From positions 1,798,001 through 1,862,000 of the forward strand of contig CAXHJY010000096.1 in NCBI GenBank assembly GCA_964016885.1: 64,000 nucleotides of DNA, read 5' to 3'. The notes below the pieces were generated by a model, which had not been told where the DNA came from, made no database searches, and saw nothing but the letters and a program-made list of their open reading frames with translations. Position numbers and translations under genes: made by a program. Numbering within the stretch: the stretch's first letter is position 1; every line of letters begins with the position of its first letter. This stretch comes from Eledone cirrhosa. Taxonomy: Eukaryota. Positions 25,201 through 39,800 of the stretch are shown here, piece by piece.

Positions 25201-28200
25201 ATTTGTAAAAAAATCAGGGGGAGATAATTTGTAAAAAAAAAATCAGGGGGAGATAATTTGTAAAAAGAATCAGGGGGAGATAATTTGTAAAAAAAAATCA
25301 GGGGTAGATAAATTGTAAAAAAAAATCAGGGGGAGATAATTTGTAAAAAAAATCAGGGGGAGATAATTTGTAAAAAAAATGAAAGGGGAGATAATATCCA
25401 GCCGTCCAAGGGGAGATAATTTCCAGCCGTCCAAGGGGAGATAATTTCCAGCCGTCCAAGGGGAGATAATTTCCATCCTTCCAAGGGGATATAATTTCCA
25501 GCCGTCCAAGGGGAGATAATTTCCCGCCAGCCAAGGGAAGATAATTTTTAAAAAAATCAGGCGGAGATTGTAAAAAAAATCAGGGGGGAGATAATTTGTA
25601 AAAAAATCAGGGGGAGATAATTTGTAAAAAAAAATCAGGGGGAGATAATTTGTAAAAAATAATCAGGGGGAGATAATTTGTAAAAAAAAATCAAGGGGAG
25701 ATAATTTCCAGCCGTCCAAGGGGAGATAATTTCCCGCCAGCCAAGGGAAGATAATATTTAAAAAAATTAGGCGGAGATAATTTGTAAAAAATAATAAGGG
25801 GGAGATAATTTGTAAAAAAAAATCAAGGGGAGATAATTTCCAGCCGTCCAAGGGGAGATAATTTTCAGCCGTCCAAGGAGAGGTAATTTCTAGCCGTCCA
25901 AGGGGAGATAATTTCCAGCCGTCCAAGGGGAGGTAATTTCCAGCCGTCCAAGGGGAGATAATTTAAAAAAAAAAATCAGGCGGAGATAATTTGTAAAAAA
26001 AATCAAGGGGAGATAATTTGCAGCCGTCCAAGGGGAGATAATTTTCAGTCGTCCAAGGAGAGGTAATTTCTAGCCGTCCAAGGGGAGATAATTGCCAGCC
26101 GTCCAAGGGGAGATAATTTCCAGCCGTCCAAGGGGAGATAATTTTTTTTAAAAAATCAGGCGGAGATAATTTGTAAAAAAAATCAGGGGGAGATAATTTG
26201 TAAACAAAATCAGGGGGAGATAATTTGTAAAAAAAAATCAGGGGGAGATAATTTGTAAAAAAAATCATGGAGAGATAATTTCCAGCCGTCCAAGGTGAGA
26301 TAATTTCCAGCCGTCCAAGGAGACATATTTTCCAGCCGTCCAAGGCGAGGTAATTTCTAGCCGTCCAAGGGGAGATAAATTCCAGCCTCCAAGGGGAGAT
26401 AATTTCCAGCTAGCCAAGTGGAGATAATTTGTAAAAAAATCAGGGGGAGATAATTTGTAAAAAATATCAGGGAGATAATTTGTAAAAAAAAATCAGGGGG
26501 AGATAATTTGTAAAAAAAATCAGGGGGAGATAATTTGTAAAAAAAAATCAGGGGGAGATAATTTGTAAAAAAAATCAAGGGGAGATAATTTCCAGCCGTC
26601 CAAGGGGAGATAATTTTCAGCCGTCCAAGGGGAGATAATTTCCCGCCAGCCAAGGGAAGATAATATTTAAAAAAATCAGGCGGAGATAATTTGTAAAAAA
26701 AATCAGGGGGAGATAATTTGTAAAAAAATCAGGGGGAGATAATTTGTAAAAAAAAAATCAGGGGGAGATAATTTGTAAAAAAAATCAGGGGGAGATAATT
26801 TGTAAAAAAAAATCAGGGATAGATAATTTGTAAACAAAAATCAGGGGGAGATAATTTGTAAAAAAAAATCAGGGGGAGATAATTTGTAAAAAAAATGAAA
26901 GGGGAGATAATATCCAGCCGTCCAAGGGGAGATAATTTCCAGCCGTCCAAGGGGATATAATTTCCAGCCGTCCAAGGGGAGATAATTTCCATCCTTCCAA
27001 GGGGATATAATTTCCAGCCGTCCAAGGGGAGATAATTTCCCGCCAGCCAAGGGAAGATAATTTTTAAAAAAATCAGGCGGAGATTGTAAAAAAAATCAGG
27101 GGGGAGATAATTTGTAAAAAAATCAGGGGGAGATAATTTGTAAAAAATAATCAGGGGGAGATAATTTGTAAAAAAATTCAAGGGGAGATAATTTCCAGCC
27201 GTCCAAGGGGAGATAATTTCCCGCCAGCCAAGGGAAGATAATATTTAAAAAAATTAGGCGGAGATAATTTGTAAAAAAAATCAGGTGGAGATAATTTGTA
27301 AAAAAATCAGGGGGAGATAATTTGTAAAAAAAATCAGGGGGAGATAATTTGTAAAAAAAATCATGGGGAGATAATTTGTAAAAAAAAATCAGGAGTAGAT
27401 AATTTGTAAAAAAAAATCAGGGGGAGATAATTTGTAAAAAAAAATCAGGGGGAGATAATTTGTAAAAAAAATCAAGGGGAGATAATATCCAGCCGTCCAA
27501 GGAGAGATAATTTTAAAAAAAATGAGGCGGAGATAATTTGTAAAAAAAAAATCAGGGGGAGTTAATTTGTAAAAAAAAATGAGGGGGAGATAATTTGTAA
27601 AAAAAATCAAGGGGAGATAATTTCCAGCCGTCCAAGGGGAGATAATTTTCAGCCGTCCAAGGAGAGGTAATTTCTAGCCGTCTAAGGGGAGATAATTTCC
27701 AGCCGTCCAAGGGGAGGTAATTTCCAGCCGTCCAAGGGGAGATAATTTTAAAAAAAAAATCAGGCGGAGATAATTTGTAAAAAAAATCAAGGGGAGATAA
27801 TTTGCAGCCGTCCAAGGGGAGATAATTTTCAGTCGTCCAAGGAGAGGTAATTTCTAGCCGTCCAAGGGGAGATAATTTCCAGCCGTCCAAGGGGAGATAA
27901 TTTCCAGCCGTCCAAGGGGAGATAATTTTTTTTAAAAATCAGGCGGAGATAATTTGTAAAAAAAATCAGGGGGAGATAATTTGTAAACAAAATCAGGGGG
28001 AGATAATTTGTAAAAAAAAATCAGGGGGAGATAATTTGTAAAAAAAATTAGGCGTAGATAATTTGTAAAAAAAAATCAGGGGGAGATAATTTGTAAAAAA
28101 AAATCAGGGGGAGATAATTTGTTTAAAAAATCAAGGGGAGATAATTTGCAGCCGTCCAAGGGGAGATAATTTTCAGCCGTCCAAGGAGAGGTAATTTCTA

Positions 28201-30300
28201 GCCGTTCAAGGGGAGATAATTTCCAGCCGTCCAAGGGGAGATAATTTCCAGCCGTCCAAGGGGAGATAATTTTTTTTAAAAAATCAGGCGGAGATAATTT
28301 GTAAAAAAAAATCAGGGGGAGATAATTCGTAAAAAAAAATCAGGGGGAGATAATTTGTAAAAAAAAATCAGGGGGAGATAATTTGTAAAAAAAATCAAGG
28401 GGAGATAATTTCCAGCCGTCCAAGGGGAGGTAATATCTAGCCGTCCAAGGGGAGATAATTTCCAGCCGTCCAAGGGGAGATAATTTCCAGCCGTCCAAGG
28501 GGAGATAATTTCCAGCCGTCCAAGGAGACATATTTTCCAGCCGTCCAAGGCGAGGTAATTTCTAGCCGTCCAAGGGGAGATTAATTCCAGCCTCCAAGGG
28601 GAGATAATTTCCAGCCAGCCAAGGGGAGATAATTTGTAAAAAAATCAGGGGGAGATAATTTGTAAAAAATATCAGGGAGATAATTTGTAAAAAAAAATCA
28701 GGGGGAGATAATTTGTAAAAAAAATCAGGGGGAGATAATTTGTAAAAAAAAATCAGGGGGAGATAATTTGTAAAAAAAATCAAGGGGAGATAATTTCCAG
28801 CCGTCCAAGGGGAGATAATTTTCAGCCGTCCAAGGAGAGGTAATTTCTAATCCGTCCGAGGAGAGATAATTTCCAGCCGTCCAAGGGGAGATAATTTCCA
28901 GCCGTCCAAGGGGAGATAATTTCCAGCCGTCCAAGGAGACATATTTTCCAGCCGTCCAAGGAGAGGTAATTTCTAGCCGTCCAAGGGGAGATAAATTCCA
29001 GCCTCCAAGGGGAGATAATTTCCAGCCAGCCAAGGGGAGATAATTTGTAAAAAAATCAGGGGTAGATAATTTGCAAAAAAAATCAGGGGGAGATAATTTG
29101 TAAAAAAAATCAGGGGGAGATAATTTGTAAAAAATAATCAGGGGGAGGTAATTTCCAGCCGTCCAAGGGAAGATAATTTCCAGCCCTCCAAGGGGCTATA
29201 ATTTCCAGTGTCCAAGGGGAGATAATTTCCAGCCAGCGAAGGGGAGATAATTTTTTTTAAAAAATCATTGGGAGATTTGTAAAAAAAATCAGGGGGAGAT
29301 AATTTGTAAAAAAAATCAAGGGGAGATAATTTCCAGCCGTCCAAGGGGAGGTAATATCTAGCCGTCCAAGGGTAGATAATTTCCAGCCGTCCAACGGGAG
29401 ATAATTTCCAGCCGTCCAAGGGTAGATAATATCCAGCCGCCCAAGGACATATTTTCCAGCCGTCCAAGGAGAGGTAGTTTCTAGCCGTCCAAGGGGAGAT
29501 AATTTCCAGCCGTCCAAGGGTAGATAATATCCAGCCGTCCAAGGACATATTTTCCAGCCGTCCAAGGAGAGGTAATTTCTAGCCGTCCAAGGGGAGATAA
29601 ATTCCAGCCTCCAAGGGGAGATAATTTCCAGCCAGCCAAGGGGAGATAATTTGTAAAAAAATCAGGGGGAGATAATTTGTAAAAAAAATCAGGGGGAGAT
29701 AATTTGTAAAAAAAAATCAGGGGGAGATAATTTGTAAAAAAAAATCAGGGTGAGATAATTTGCAAAAAAAATCAGGGGGAGATAATTTGTAAAAAAAAAT
29801 CAGGGGTAGATAATTTGTAAAAAAAAATCAGGGGGAGATAATTTGTAAAAAAAAATCAGGGGGAGATAATTTGTAAAAAAAATCAAGGGGAGATAATTTC
29901 CAGCCGTCCAAGGAGAGATAATTTAAAAAAAAATCAGGCGGAGATAATTTGTAAAAAAAAATCAGGGGGAGATAATTTGTAAAAAAAATCAGGGGGAGAT
30001 AATTTGTAAAAAAAAATCAGGGGTAGATAATTTGTAAAAAAAAATCAGGAGGAGATAATTTGTAAAAAAAAATCAGGAGGAGATAATTTGTAAAAAAAAT
30101 CAAGGGGAGATAATTTCCAGCCGTCCAAGGAGAGATAATTTAAAAAAAAATCAGGCGGAGATAATTTGTAAAAAAAAATCAGGGGGAGATAATTTGTTAA
30201 AAAAAATCAGGGGGAGATAATTTGTAAAAAAAATCAAGGGGAGATAATTTCCAGCCGTCCAAGGGGAGATAATTTTCAGCCGTCCAAGGGGAGATAATTT
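22228..30300 (+). repeat. Near-identical block copy of ~1..8075 (offset ~22,225)
   Basis: ORF landmarks match in order: 153/22380, 2051/24276, 3738/25963, 5164/27389, 6501/28725, 7033/29257. Shared rare variants include gccatcc, ccaatgggag, caggtggag, ctaatccgtccgag and ggtagtttct. Confidence 0.92.
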
Positions 30301-33300
30301 CCAGCCAGCGAAGGGGAGATAATTTTTTTTAAAAAATCATTGGGAGATTTGTAAAAAAAATCAGGGGGAGATAATTTGTAAAAAAAATCAAGGGGAGATA
30401 ATTTCCAGCCGTCCAAGGGGAGGTAATATCTAGCCGTCCAAGGGGAGATAATTTCCAGCCGTCCAAGGGGAGATAATTTCCAGCCGTCCCAGGGTAGATA
30501 ATATCCAGCCGCCCAAGGACATATTTTCCAGCCGTCCAAGGAGAGGTAATTTCTAGCCGTCCAAGGGGAGATAAATTCCAGCCTCCAAGGGGAGATAATT
30601 TCCAGCCAGCCAAGGGGAGATAATTTGTAAAAAAATCAGGGGGAGATAATTTGTAAAAAAAATCAGGGGGATATAATTTGTAAAAAAAAATCAGGGGGAG
30701 ATAATTTGTAAAAAAAAATCAGGGGGAGATAATTTGCAAAAAAAATCAGGGGGAGATAATTTGTAAAAAAAAATCAGGGGTAGATAATTTGTAAAAAAAA
30801 ATCAGGGGGAGATAATTTGTAAAAAAAAATCAGGGGGAGATAATTTGTAAAAAAAATCAAGGGGAGATAATTTCGAGCCGTCCAAGGAGAGATAATTTTA
30901 AAAAAAATCAGGCGGAGATAATTTGTAAAAAAAAATCAGGGGGAGATAATTTGTAAAAAAAATCAGGGGGAGATAATTTGTAAAAAAAAATCAGGGGTAG
31001 ATAATTTGTAAAAAAAAATCAGGGGGAGATAATTTGTAAAAAAAAATCAGGGGGAGATAATTTGTAAAAAAAATCAAGGGGAGATAATTTCCAGCCGTCC
31101 AAGGAGAGATAATTTTAAAAAAAATCAGGCGGAGATAATTTGTAAAAAAAAATCAGGGGGAGATAATTTGTAAAAAAAATCAGGGGGAGATAATTTGTAA
31201 AAAAAAATCAGGGGTAGATAATTTGTAAAAAAAAATCAGGGGGAGATAATTTGTAAAAAAAAATCAGGGGGAGATAATTTGTAAAAAAAATCAAGGGGAG
31301 ATAATTTCCAGCCGTCCAAGGGGAGATAATTTTCAGCCGTCCAAGGGGAGATAATTTCCCGCCAGCCAAGGGAAGATAATATTCAAAAAAATCAGGCGGA
31401 GATAATTTGTAAAAAAAATCAGGGGGAGATAATTTGTAAAAAAATCAGGGGGAGATAATTTGTAAAAAAAAAAATCAGGGGGAGATAATTTGTAAAAAAA
31501 ATCAGGGGGAGGTAATTTGTAAAAAAAAATCAGGGGTAGATAATTTGTAAAAAAAAATCAGGGGGAGATAATTTGTAAAAAAAAATCAGGGGGAGATAAT
31601 TTGTAAAAAAAATGAAAGGGGAGATAATATCCAGCCGTCCAAGGGGAGATAATTTCCAGCCGTCCAAGGGGAGATAATTTCCAGCCGTCCAAGGGGAGAT
31701 AATTTCCATCCTTCCAAGGGGATATAATTTCCAGCCGTCCAAGGGGAGATAATTTCCATCCTTCCAAGGGGATATAATTTCCAGCCGTCCAAGGGGAGAT
31801 AATTTTCAGCCGTCCAAGGAGAGGTAATTTCTAGCCGTCCAAGGAGAGATAATTTCCAGCCGTCCAAGGGGAGATAATTTCCAGCCGTCCAAGGGGAGAT
31901 AATTTCCAGCCGTCCAAGGAGACATATTTTCCAGCCGTCCAAGGAGAGGTAATTCCTAGCCGTCCAAGGGGAGATAAATTCCAGCCTCCAAGGGGAGATA
32001 ATTTCCAGCCAGCCAAGGGGAGATAATTTGTAAAAAAAATCAGGGGGAGATAATTTGTAAAAAAAATCAGGGGGAGATAATTTGTAAAAAAAAATCAGGG
32101 GGAGATAATTTGTAAAAAATAATCAGGGGGAGATAATTTGTAAAAAAAATCAAGGGGAGATAATTTCCAGCCGTCCAAGGGGAGATAATTTTCAGCCGTC
32201 CAAGGGGAGATAATTTCCCGCCAGCCAAGGGAAGATAATATTTAAAAAAATTAGGCGGAGATAATTTGTAAAAAAAATCAGGGGGAGATAATTTGTAAAA
32301 AAATCAGGGGGAGATAATTTGTAAAAAAAATCAGGGGGAGATAATTTGTAAAAAAAATCAGGGGGAGATAATTTGTAAAAAAAAATCAGGGGGAGATAAT
32401 TTGTAAAAAAAATCAAGGGGAGATAATTTCCAGCCGTCCAAGGGAAGATAATTTCCAGCCCTCCAAGGGGCTATAATTTCCAGCGTCCAAGGGGAGATAA
32501 TTTCCAGCCAGCGAAGGGGAGATAATTTTTTTAAAAAAATCATTGGGAGATTTGTAAAAAAAATCAGGGGGAGATAATTTGTAAAAAAAATCAAGGGGAG
32601 ATAATTTCCAGCCGTCCAAGGGGAGGTAATATCTAGCCGTCCAAGGGGAGATAATTTCCAGCCGTCCAAGGGGAGATAATTTCCAGCCGTCCAAGGGTAG
32701 ATAATATCCAGCCGTCCAAGGACATATTTTCCAGCCGTCCAAGGAGAGGTAATTTCTAGCCGTCCAAGGGGAGATAAATTCCAGCCTCCAAGGTGAGATA
32801 ATTTCCAGCCAGCCAAGGGGAGATAATTTGTAAAAAAAATCAGGGGGAGATAATTTGTAAAAAAAAATCAGGGGGAGATAATTTGTAAAAAAAAATCAGG
32901 GGGAGATAATTTGTAAAAAAAAATCAGGGAGAGATAATTTGTAAAAAAATCAAGGGGAGATAATTTCCAGCCGTCCAAGGGGAGATAATTTTCAGCCGTC
33001 CAAGGGGAGATAATTTCCCGCCAGCCAAGGGAAGATAATATTTGAAAAAATCAGGCGGAGATAATTTGTAAAAAAAATCAGGGGGAGATAATTTGTAAAA
33101 AAATCAGGGGGAGATAATTTGTAAAAAAAAAATCAGGGGGAGATAATTTGTAAAAAGAATCAGGGGGAGATAATTTGTAAAAAAAAATCAGGGGTAGATA
33201 AATTGTAAAAAAAAATCAGGGGGAGATAATTTGTAAAAAAAATCAGGGGGAGATAATTTGTAAAAAAAATGAAAGGGGAGATAATATCCAGCCGTCCAAG

Positions 33301-33849
33301 GGGAGATAATTTCCAGCCGTCCAAGGGGAGATAATTTCCAGCCGTCCAAGGGGAGATAATTTCCATCCTTCCAAGGGGATATAATTTCCAGCCGTCCAAG
33401 GGGAGATAATTTCCCGCCAGCCAAGGGAAGATAATTTTTAAAAAAATCAGGCGGAGATTGTAAAAAAAATCAGGGGGGAGATAATTTGTAAAAAAATCAG
33501 GGGGAGATAATTTGTAAAAAAAAATCAGGGGGAGATAATTTGTAAAAAATATTCAGGGGGAGATAATTTGTAAAAAAAAATCAAGGGGAGATAATTTCCA
33601 GCCGTCCAAGGGGAGATAATTTCCCGCCAGCCAAGGGAAGATAATATTTAAAAAAATTAGGCGGAGATAATTTGTAAAAAAAATCAGGGGGAGATAATTT
33701 GTAAAAAAATCAGGGGGAGATAATTTGTAAAAAAAATCAGGGGGAGATAATTTGTAAAAAAATTCATGGGGAGATAATTTGTAAAAAAAAATCAGGGGTA
33801 GATAATTTGTAAAAAAAAATCAGGGGGAGATAATTTGTAAAAAAAAATC

Positions 33850-36800
33850 AGGGGGAGATAATTTGTAAAAAAAATCAAGGGGAGATAATTTCCAGCCGTC
33901 CAAGGGGAGATAATTTTCAGCCGTCCAAGGAGAGGTAATTTCTAGCCGTCCAAGGGGAGATAATTTCCAGCCGTCCAAGGGGAGGTAATTTCCAGCCGTC
34001 CAAGGGGAGATAATTTAAAAAAAAAAATCAGGCGGAGATAATTTGTAAAAAAAATCAAGGGGAGATAATTTGCAGCCGTCCAAGGGGAGATAATTTTCAG
34101 TCGTCCAAGGAGAGGTAATTTCTAGCCGTCCAAGGGGAGATAATTGCCAGCCGTCCAAGGGGAGATAATTTCCAGCCGTCCAAGGGGAGATAATTTTTTT
34201 TAAAAAATCAGGCGGAGATAATTTGTAAAAAAAATCAGGGGGAGATAATTTGTAAACAAAATCAGGGGGAGATAATTTGTAAAAAAAAATCAGGGGGAGA
34301 TAATTTGTAAAAAAAATCATGGAGAGATAATTTCCAGCCGTCCAAGGTGAGATAATTTCCAGCCGTCCAAGGAGACATATTTTCCAGCCGTCCAAGGCGA
34401 GGTAATTTCTAGCCGTCCAAGGGGAGATAAATTCCAGCCTCCAAGGGGAGATAATTTCCAGCTAGCCAAGTGGAGATAATTTGTAAAAAAATCAGGGGGA
34501 GATAATTTGTAAAAAATATCAGGGAGATAATTTGTAAAAAAAAATCAGGGGGAGATAATTTGTAAAAAAAATCAGGGGGAGATAATTTGTAAAAAAAAAT
34601 CAGGGGGAGATAATTTGTAAAAAAAATCAAGGGGAGATAATTTCCAGCCGTCCAAGGGGAGATAATTTTCAGCCGTCCAAGGGGAGATAATTTCCCGCCA
34701 GCCAAGGGAAGATAATATTTAAAAAAATCAGGCGGAGATAATTTGTAAAAAAAATCAGGGGGAGATAATTTGTAAAAAAATCAGGGGGAGATAATTTGTA
34801 AAAAAAAAATCAGGGGGAGATAATTTGTAAAAAAAATCAGGGGGAGATAATTTGTAAAAAAAAATCAGGGATAGATAATTTGTAAACAAAAATCAGGGGG
34901 AGATAATTTGTAAAAAAAAATCAGGGGGAGATAATTTGTAAAAAAAATGAAAGGGGAGATAATATCCAGCCGTCCAAGGGGAGATAATTTCCAGCCGTCC
35001 AAGGGGATATAATTTCCAGCCGTCCAAGGGGAGATAATTTCCATCCTTCCAAGGGGATATAATTTCCAGCCGTCCAAGGGGAGATAATTTCCCGCCAGCC
35101 AAGGGAAGATAATTTTTAAAAAAATCAGGCGGAGATTGTAAAAAAATCAGGGGGGAGATAATTTGTAAAAAAATCAGGGGGAGATAATTTGTAAAAAATA
35201 ATCAGGGGGAGATAATTTGTAAAAAAATTCAAGGGGAGATAATTTCCAGCCGTCCAAGGGGAGATAATTTCCCGCCAGCCAAGGGAAGATAATATTTAAA
35301 AAAATTAGGCGGAGATAATTTGTAAAAAAAATCAGGGGGAGATAATTTGTAAAAAAATCAGGGGGAGATAATTTGTAAAAAAAATCAGGGGGAGATAATT
35401 TGTAAAAAAAATCATGGGGAGATAATTTGTAAAAAAAAATCAGGGGTAGATAATTTGTAAAAAAAAATCAGGGGGAGATAATTTGTAAAAAAAAATCAGG
35501 GGGAGATAATTTGTAAAAAAAATCAAGGGGAGATAATATCCAGCCGTCCAAGGAGAGATAATTTAAAAAAAAAATGAGGCGGAGATAATTTGTAAAAAAA
35601 AAATCAGGGGGAGTTAATTTGTAAAAAAAAATGAGGGGGAGATAATTTGTAAAAAAAATCAAGGGGAGATAATTTCCAGCCGTCCAAGGGGAGATAATTT
35701 TCAGCCGTCCAAGGAGAGGTAATTTCTAGCCGTCCAAGGGGAGATAATTTCCAGCCGTCCAAGGGGAGGTAATTTCCAGCCGTCCAAGGGGAGATAATTT
35801 TAAAAAAAAATCAGGCGGAGATAATTTGTAAAAAAAATCAAGGGGAGATAATTTGCAGCCGTCCAAGGGGAGATAATTTTCAGTCGTCCAAGGAGAGGTA
35901 ATTTCTAGCCGTCCAAGGGGAGATAATTTCCAGCCGTCCAAGGGGAGATAATTTCCAGCCGTCCAAGGGGAGATAATTTTTTTTAAAAAATCAGGCGGAG
36001 ATAATTTGTAAAAAAAATCAGGGGGAGATAATTTGTAAACAAAATCAGGGGGAGATAATTTGTAAAAAAAAATCAGGGGGAGATAATTTGTAAAAAAAAT
36101 TAGGCGTAGATAATTTGTAAAAAAAAATCAGGGGGAGATAATTTGTAAAAAAAAATCAGGGGGAGATAATTTGTTTAAAAAATCAAGGGGAGATAATTTG
36201 CAGCCGTCCAAGGGGAGATAATTTTCAGCCGTCCAAGGAGAGGTAATTTCTAGCCGTTCAAGGGGAGATAATTTCCAGCCGTCCAAGGGGAGATAATTTC
36301 CAGCCGTCCAAGGGGAGATAATTTTTTTTAAAAAATCAGGCGGAGATAATTTGTAAAAAAAATCAGGGGGAGATAATTCGTAAAAAAAAATCAGGGGGAG
36401 ATAATTTGTAAAAAAAAATCAGGGGGAGATAATTTGTAAAAAAAATCAAGGGGAGATAATTTCCAGCCGTCCAAGGGGAGGTAATATCTAGCCGTCCAAG
36501 GGGAGATAATTTCCAGCCGTCCAAGGGGAGATAATTTCCAGCCGTCCAAGGGGAGATAATTTCCAGCCGTCCAAGGAGACATATTTTCCAGCCGTCCAAG
36601 GCGAGGTAATTTCTAGCCGTCCAAGGGGAGATTAATTCCAGCCTCCAAGGGGAGATAATTTCCAGCCAGCCAAGGGGAGATAATTTGTAAAAAAATCAGG
36701 GGGAGATAATTTGTAAAAAATATCAGGGAGATAATTTGTAAAAAAAAATCAGGGGGAGATAATTTGTAAAAAAAATCAGGGGGAGATAATTTGTAAAAAA

Positions 36801-39800
36801 AAATCAGGGGGAGATAATTTGTAAAAAAAATCAAGGGGAGATAATTTCCAGCCGTCCAAGGGGAGATAATTTTCAGCCGTCCAAGGAGAGGTAATTTCTA
36901 ACCGTCCGAGGAGAGATAATTTCCAGCCGTCCAAGGGGAGATAATTTCCAGCCGTCCAAGGGGAGATAATTTCCAGCCGTCCAAGGAGACATATTTTCCA
37001 GCCGTCCAAGGAGAGGTAATTTCTAGCCGTCCAAGGGGAGATAAATTCCAGCCTCCAAGGGGAGATAATTTCCAGCCAGCCAAGGGGAGATAATTTGTAA
37101 AAAAATCAGGGGGAGATAATTTGCAAAAAAAATCAGGGGGAGATAATTTGTAAAAAAAATCAGGGGGAGATAATTTGTAAAAAATAATCAGGGGGAGATA
37201 ATTTCCAGCCGTCCAAGGGAAGATAATTTCCAGCCCTCCAAGGGGCTATAATTTCCAGTGTCCAAGGGGAGATAATTTCCAGCCAGCGAAGGGGAGATAA
37301 TTTTTTTTTAAAAATCATTGGGAGATTTGTAAAAAAAATCAGGGGGAGATAATTTGTAAAAAAAATCAAGGGGAGATAATTTCCAGCCGTCCAAGGGGAG
37401 GTAATATCTAGCCGTCCAAGGGTAGATAATTTCCAGCCGTCCAACGGGAGATAATTTCCAGCCGTCCAAGGGTAGATAATATCCAGCCGCCCAAGGACAT
37501 ATTTTCCAGCCGTCCAAGGAGAGGTAATTTCTAGCCGTCCAAGGGGAGATAATTTCCAGCCGTCCAAGGGTAGATAATATCCAGCCGTCCAAGGACATAT
37601 TTTCCAGCCGTCCAAGGAGAGGTAATTTCTAGCCGTCCAAGGGGAGATAAATTCCAGCCTCCAAGGGGAGATAATTTCCAGCCAGCCAAGGGGAGATAAT
37701 TTGTAAAAAAATCAGGGGGAGATAATTTGTAAAAAAAATCAGGGGGAGATAATTTGTAAAAAAAAATCAGGGGGAGATAATTTGTAAAAAAAAATCAGGG
37801 TGAGATAATTTGCAAAAAAAATCAGGGGGAGATAATTTGTAAAAAAAAATCAGGGGTAGATAATTTGTAAAAAAAAATCAGGGGGAGATAATTTGTAAAA
37901 AAAAATCAGGGGGAGATAATTTGTAAAAAAAATCAAGGGGAGATAATTTCCAGCCGTCCAAGGAGAGAAAATTTAAAAAAAAATCAGGCGGAGATAATTT
38001 GTAAAAAAAAATCAGGGGGAGATAATTTGTAAAAAAAATCAGGGGGAGATAATTTGTAAAAAAAAATCAGGGGTAGATAATTTGTAAAAAAAAATCAGGG
38101 GGAGATAATTTGTAAAAAAAAATCAGGAGGAGATAATTTGTAAAAAAAATCAAGGGGAGATAATTTCCAGCCGTCCAAGGAGAGATAATTTAAAAAAAAA
38201 TCAGGCGGAGATAATTTGTAAAAAAAAATCAGGGGGAGATAATTTGTAAAAAAAAATCAGGGGGAGATAATTTGTAAAAAAAATCAAGGGGAGATAATTT
38301 CCAGCCGTCCAAGGGGAGATAATTTTCAGCCGTCCAAGGGGAGATAATTTCCCGCCAGCCAAGGGAAGATAATATTCAAAAAAATCAGGCGGAGATAATT
38401 TGTAAAAAAAATCAGGGGGAGATAATTTGTAAAAAAATCAGGGGGAGATAATTTGTAAAAAAAAAATCAGGGGGAGATAATTTGTAAAAAAAATCAGGGG
38501 GAGATAATTTGTAAAAAAAATCAGGGGTAGATAATTTGTAAAAAAAAATCAGGGGGAGATAATTTGTAAAAAAAAATCAGGGGGAGATAATTTGTAAAAA
38601 AAATGAAAGGGGAGATAATATCCAGCCGTCCAAGGGGAGATAATTTCCAGCCGTCCAAGGGGAGATAATTTCCAGCCGTCCAAGGGGAGATAATTTCCAT
38701 CCTTCCAAGGGGATATAATTTCCAGCCGTCCAAGGGGAGATAATTTCCATCCTTCCAAGGGGATATAATTTCCAGCCGTCCAAGGGGAGATAATTTTCAG
38801 CCGTCCAAGGAGAGGTAATTTCTAGCCGTCCAAGGAGAGATAATTTCCAGCCGTCCAAGGGGAGATAATTTCCAGCCGTCCAAGGGGAGATAATTTCCAG
38901 CCGTCCAAGGAGACATATTTTCCAGCCGTCCAAGGAGAGGTAATTCCTAGCCGTCCAAGGGGAGATAAATTCCAGCCTCCAAGGGGAGATAATTTCCAGC
39001 CAGCCAAGGGGAGATAATTTGTAAAAAAAATCAGGGGGAGATAATTTGTAAAAAAAATCAGGGGGAGATAATTTGTAAAAAAAAATCAGGGGTAGATAAT
39101 TTGTAAAAAATTATCAGGGGGAGATAATTTGTAAAAAAAATCAAGGGGAGATAATTTCCAGCCGTCCAAGGGGAGATAATTTTCAGCCGTCCAAGGGGAG
39201 ATAATTTCCCGCCAGCCAAGGGAAGATAATATTTAAAAAAATTAGGCGGAGATAATTTGTAAAAAAAATCAGGGGGAGATAATTTGTAAAAAAATCAGGG
39301 GGAGATAATTTGTAAAAAAAATCAGGGGGAGATAATTTGTAAAAAAAATCAGGGGGAGATAATTTGTAAAAAAAAATCAGGGGGAGATAATTTGTAAAAA
39401 AAATCAAGGGGAGATAATTTCCAGCCGTCCAAGGGAAGATAATTTCCAGCCCTCCAAGGGGCTATAATTTCCAGCGTCCAAGGGGAGATAATTTCCAGCC
39501 AGCGAAGGGGAGATAATTTTTTTTAAAAAATCATTGGGAGATTTGTAAAAAAAATCAGGGGGAGATAATTTGTAAAAAAAATCAAGGGGAGATAATTTCC
39601 AGCCGTCCAAGGGGAGGTAATATCTAGCCGTCCAAGGGGAGATAATTTCCAGCCGTCCAAGGGGAGATAATTTCCAGCCGTCCAAGGGTAGATAATATCC
39701 AGCCGTCCAAGGACATATTTTCCAGCCGTTCAAGGAGAGGTAATTTCTAGCCGTCCAAGGGGAGATAAATTCCAGCCTCCAAGGTGAGATAATTTCCAGC

